This document shows positions 58,685 through 64,000 of a DNA stretch of 64,000 nt, one piece after another. The position numbers were made by a program, and so were the translations under genes. This DNA is from the human T2T-CHM13v2.0 reference genome, Homo sapiens. The DNA is taken from NCBI RefSeq assembly GCF_009914755.1, contig NC_060930.1, one strand, 5' to 3'. The notes beneath the pieces were generated by a model. It had not been told where the DNA came from. It saw only the letters and a list, made by a program, of their open reading frames with translations, and did not search any database. How positions within the stretch are numbered: position 1 is the stretch's first letter; every line of letters starts with the position of its first letter.

Positions 58685-60062
58685 CTAAATTAGAAAAAAA
58701 AAGTTTTATCATAAAATTATGTTCCCTAAAATGTTAAATGAAACAATGATTATAGAAATATACAGAACAAAGCACTTATTAGCACACAAAATTTCCATCT
58801 CAATTTTACCGGAAATTTGTATTTTGTTAGAAATTAAAAGTTTCAATCAAGTTTTCAAGTAAGCAACATGTTCTGAATAACAAAAAACTGCATGGATGAA
58901 GAATATTTTGTCTTAAACCAATTTGATACTAACTATATTTAAAAATTAAAAGGTTTTTAAAATAAAATTTTTCTTTTAAAAATAACAAATAATTTTGAAA
59001 AGATTAATATTCAAAAAAGGAAAAGAAATCATTACTTATAATCCCACCACTCAGAGGTATTGCCATTTTGATATTTTTCTTTCCTGAGTATTTTTTTTCC
59101 CTTCATGATGACGAATACAAACAACAGACAATTATATACAGCATAGTTAAGTACTATGTGGGGAAATACATTAAACATCTAGAAAAGATACTAAACAGAT
59201 AGAGGTACAGAGGTGGTTTCTGCAAAACCTTAGAGAAACTCTCTAAGCAAGAGACTAAATGATGAACTAGAGGCACTTTTTTCTCTGAAGAGAGGGAAGA
59301 GTATTCACGTAAATAAAACTGCACATGTAAAGGGTCACGAGAAAACACGGCTTATTCAGGAACTGAAACCACTGAGTAAGACTGTGACCTAGTGTCAGAG
59401 GCAGGGATAGAGAAGTAATGAGAAGTAAGAGCATGAAGAGCCTGTTAAGACATTTGAAGAGGTAGTGAAATTTGTCTGAGAGGTGAATAGCAGAAAAGTG
59501 ACATCACCAGACTAGCTATAGAACACAGAAGACTACAGGTAAGGAGTAAATAGGCTGTTGTGGAAAAACTAAGGATGGTGGCTATAACAAGGATCATAGA
59601 AATGTACTGATTCAGGAGACATATAAGGGGTGAAATGATCAGGCCTTGATGACTAACTAGATGTGAAGGGTGAGACAGAAAAGGGGCTGAGGGTGATGCC
59701 TAGATTTCTTGCTTAAGCAGCTGGTTAGTGGTGGTGCAATTATTTGAAAGGGGAAGAACTGTAAGAAAAATTGGTTTGGGATTTTTTGGAAGGGGAATAA
59801 GGATAAACTCAATTTAGACACAAGGGCATTTAGGTATAGTGGGGATCCAATAATAATATTGGAAATGAATCATAAAGAAAATAATAATCATTTTATTAAC
59901 ACAGCAGAGGTAACTAACATTTCTGAGCACTATATATTGGATACTGTGCTAACGTACTTTATTACAAGTAATGTTTATTACAAGTCTGTGGTACGATCAT
60001 CTCCATTTTATAAATAAAGAAATTATCTTAGATTTAAAAATCACACAAAAGATAGAAGAGCT

Positions 60063-60172
60063 CTGAGGTGGGAGGACCACCTGAGCCCAGGAGTTCCAGG
60101 TTACAGTGAGGTATGATGGCGCCACTGCATGCCATCCTGGGCAACAGAGCAAGATCCTGTGTCTTAAAAAAA
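60063..60172 (+). mobile_element. Alu right-arm (FRAM-like) fragment
   Basis: ctgaggtgggaggaccacctgagcccaggagttc...gggcaacagagcaaga. Confidence 0.8.
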
Positions 60173-60707
60173 CAAAGGGGCTAAAATTCAAATCAAAATT
60201 TCTCTGCCTTGTGAGCCCTCACTCTTAACCACTCGGCTATTCCATCTATCCAGTAGATGGTTTGATATATTGTTTAGAAGCTCTAGAGAGAAATGAGGCT
60301 ATTCATATACATTTGGAAGTCAAAAGCATAAAGATAAACAAAAACAAAAGTTAAAACCAAACAAACCCATGGGAGTAAATAAGTCTGTAGAGGGAACAGA
60401 AAATATACAGAGTAAAGATGAAAGTCTAAGGCAGAATTCTAAGAAACAACCATAGATGTTAAAATGTAAACCAACAAAATGGCAGAAATATGATTGATCA
60501 CACTGGAATGAGAAAAACTAGAGGTGGTATATATCACAGAAGCTAACATTTAGGATTGTTTTAAGGCACCATAAGCATCACCATGAGGTCAAAAAGTAAG
60601 GACCTAAAATTGGATTTAGCAACACAGAGGTCATTAGTGAAAGCAATTTTCAGTAAAATGGTTGGGGTAGAAGCCATATTGTAGTAAGTTAAAGAGTGAA
60701 TGGGAAA

Positions 60708-61003
60708 GCCGAGCACAGTGGCTTGTGCTTGTAATCCCAGCACTTTGGGAGGCTGAGGCAGGTGGATCACTTGAGGTCAGGGGTTCTAGACCAGCCTGGC
60801 CAACATGGAGAAACCCTGTCCTTACTAAAAATACAAAAAAATTAGTCAGACGTGGTGGTGGTGCCTGTAATCCTAACTACTCAGGAGGCTGAGGCAGGAG
60901 AATTGCATGAACCCCGGAGGATGAGGTTACAGTGAGCTGAGATCGTGCCATTGACCTCCAGCCTGAGCAACAGGGCAAGATTCCAATTCAAAACAAACAA
61001 ACA
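60708..61003 (+). mobile_element. AluS-like
   Basis: Sense Alu; flanks gagtgaatggga / aatgaatggga resemble a TSD. Confidence 0.92.
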
Positions 61004-61375
61004 ATGAATGGGAGGTAAGAAGTTGGATACACAAAGTATAGATAAATCTTTCAAGGAGAATGGCTAAATGAGAAAGGTGTTTCTATGAGTATGAATGTGT
61101 GCGTATAATTAGCAAAGTTTTATTAATATTAAAATGGAATTGGAAAGAAAGACGGGAATAGCCGACAGATGGAAGCGATCCTTGAAAACATCAAAGAAGA
61201 TGAATCTTGAGCCTCAGAGGTGAGGAGGAAAAATTTCTTTCACGGAATAGGCAGCGAGGAGAGAATGGATGTAAATGCAATTTAAGGTTAAGAAAGCCTT
61301 AAGAGAGCTTTATTCCAGTGGTTCTCAAACTTTTTGGCCCCAGAACCCCTTTCATTCTTAAAATGTTATTGAGGG

Positions 61376-61753
<378 letters not shown>

Positions 61754-61765
61754 TTACCATATTAG

Positions 61766-62025
<260 letters not shown>

Positions 62026-63099
62026 ACCTACTAATTTTAAAGTAACAATAAACTCCTATGTTAACATAAATAACATTGTTTTAAACTATATTTTTCAAAA
62101 CAAGAACAACTTAGTGAGAAAAGAAACATTGTTTTACATGTTTACAAATCCTTGTTTTTACAGAAGATAGCTGGATTATTACATCAGCTTCTGTTCAATC
62201 TGTTGCAGTATATTGCTTTTGTTGATGTATATAAAGAAAATCTAGCCTCACACAGATATGGAGTTGAAAAAGAAAATAATTTAATAGCCTTTCATGTTAC
62301 TTTCATTTTGTCACATAAATGTTACAAAGATATATAACCAAGGGTCAAAATTCAATAAAATAATTTTTACCATGTCCTAATGGATATTCTAATGTGAAAC
62401 CGGCTTTTTTTTTTTTTTAAAGGTGAGTACTTAGTGGTAGAAAACACAATGATTAGTAGTTGATGTCATTACCCTGATTTGAGACAAGGTGCCAGATTAA
62501 CCCACTATCAATGAAAACAGTGCAAAAGGAAAATCAGTATAATCTTAGTATAATAAAGATCTTAGTATTTTAGTATAATAAAGAGAATTCTGACCATACA
62601 AATCCCCTGAAAGGGTTTCAGAAATCCCCACTTCACACTTTGAAAACCACCTCTCTAGAATGATGGGTTCTGTTTTCTCTAAGAAGGTAAGGCCTGAGTA
62701 GAGGATAGAGAATAGTAAAGAGACAATTAACTAGAAAAAAGTAGACATACAGCACGCAGGGAAGGGTCTGGGTGAAGTTGAAAACCATGAATTTACAGTG
62801 GCACCAGTGTGTAATTTTTTTTTAAATTTTTTTATTCTGCAGTAATCAGAAACTGAGGCTTAGTGGAGAGAAAATAAATGGATGAATTCAGAACTGACGT
62901 TTTCATTTGGCAGACCAAAGAGTACCACAATTTTTGCTTATATATTTGGGTTACCTGTGTATTCTCTATCTCCCCAGCTTGTTGTAAGTTCCCTGAGGGC
63001 ATGAACCATGCACACTTTGCTCACCATGTCTGCCCATCAACTTCCACAGAGCATCAAGTAATGTAGGTACTTTGCAAATATTTATTAAACATGCATAAA

Positions 63100-63270
63100 C
63101 AGGTCTGGTATGGTGGCTCAGGCCTGTAATCCCAGCACTTTGGGAGGCTAACGTGGGAAGATCACTGGAGCCCAGGAGTTTGGGGTTGCAGTGAGCTATG
63201 ACTGCACCATTGCGTACTCCAGCCTGGGCAACAAAGCAAGACTGTCTTGAAAAAATAATAAATGAATAAA
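63100..63270 (+). mobile_element. Monomeric Alu (FRAM-like or left/right recombinant)
   Basis: Left-arm start (gtggctca..ccagcactttggg) joined to right-arm end (gttgcagtgagc..cagcctgggcaac). Confidence 0.8.
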
Positions 63271-64000
63271 TAATGATGAATAAATGAATGAATCCATTAA
63301 TAAATCAGGAATTTTAGAATGGCATTGTGATAAGCTGACTATATAATTTAAAGCAAACTTACTGAGAACAGTTTAGTGTTTGCTATGGTTGCAAGGAAAA
63401 AAATTGATTGTATTTATAATTTGTTTATAGGTTATTTATAAAACACTTAAGCCTCTTTTAATCATGGCTCCCACTCCAGCACAACTTGTGGACGAGAAAG
63501 GGAAAAATGACTGAGGTTTACTCTCTTACCACTCTGTATGTGTGTGAGAGAATAAGAGTCCACAGAAATTGCTCTTTTGTACTCCACGAATATGAGGAAG
63601 TATGAGTAGAGGGGAACTGGTACAGAACAGAAGTTATTTTGGGTAAGATCAAGGGCAGGATGTAAGAAAACTAGTTTTCAGTTACAAGGGAATAACCATT
63701 GGGAATAGAGCTGTGCTTCAGTGAAGTACTCAAATGGTTTAATCCAGGGTAAACCTCATGTTCTGGGCAGTCGTGCCCCCTGTAGTGCTTTAATTCACTA
63801 TGGGAAAACATCCAATCTGTGTTTTACAAAAAAGTTACTTTTTGGAACCCAGTACCTACTAGCAGAGAGGACCTCCTGAAAAAATAATACTCAGTACACC
63901 TCCGAGGCCACTTTTACCCTAGCTTCCCACTATACATAGTGAAAATCCTTGTTTTGAATCTGAAAGGATGATTAAAATCTTCCATATATGTGCCCTTCCC

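Larger units (their letters stand above)
59130..61310 (-). mobile_element. L2 fragments with interspersed MIR and Alu pieces
   Basis: Purine-rich L2 motifs (ggatttagcaacacagaggtcattagtga, tagataaatctttcaag). Confidence 0.65.

Overview
AT-rich, Alu-dense human (primate) genomic DNA lying entirely inside REV3L, the catalytic subunit of translesion DNA polymerase zeta, which is transcribed on the minus strand. I traced 17 consecutive coding exons with canonical AG/GT boundaries and consistent phases. They are numbered here 4-20 (about c.405-7419, aa 135-2473), following my recollection of the 3130-aa reference isoform. They include the 4162-bp giant exon and a 914-bp exon, which carry the two REV7-binding motifs. 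The introns hold about 34 Alu/FLAM/FAM copies, two large opposite-orientation L1M elements, L2/MIR/L3 relics, hAT elements, a MADE1, an internally replaced Tigger1 and a decayed FCF1 processed pseudogene. I cannot demonstrate a new biological system from sequence alone. The best leads are several well-formed candidate stop-containing ('poison') cassette exons (strongest 34051-34201), a ~50-bp non-Alu inverted repeat enclosing one of them, a CFTR-like (TG)7T9 acceptor, a 42-bp fold-back hairpin, and a Tigger1 carrying foreign filler DNA. Repeat boundaries and subfamily names are by-eye estimates.
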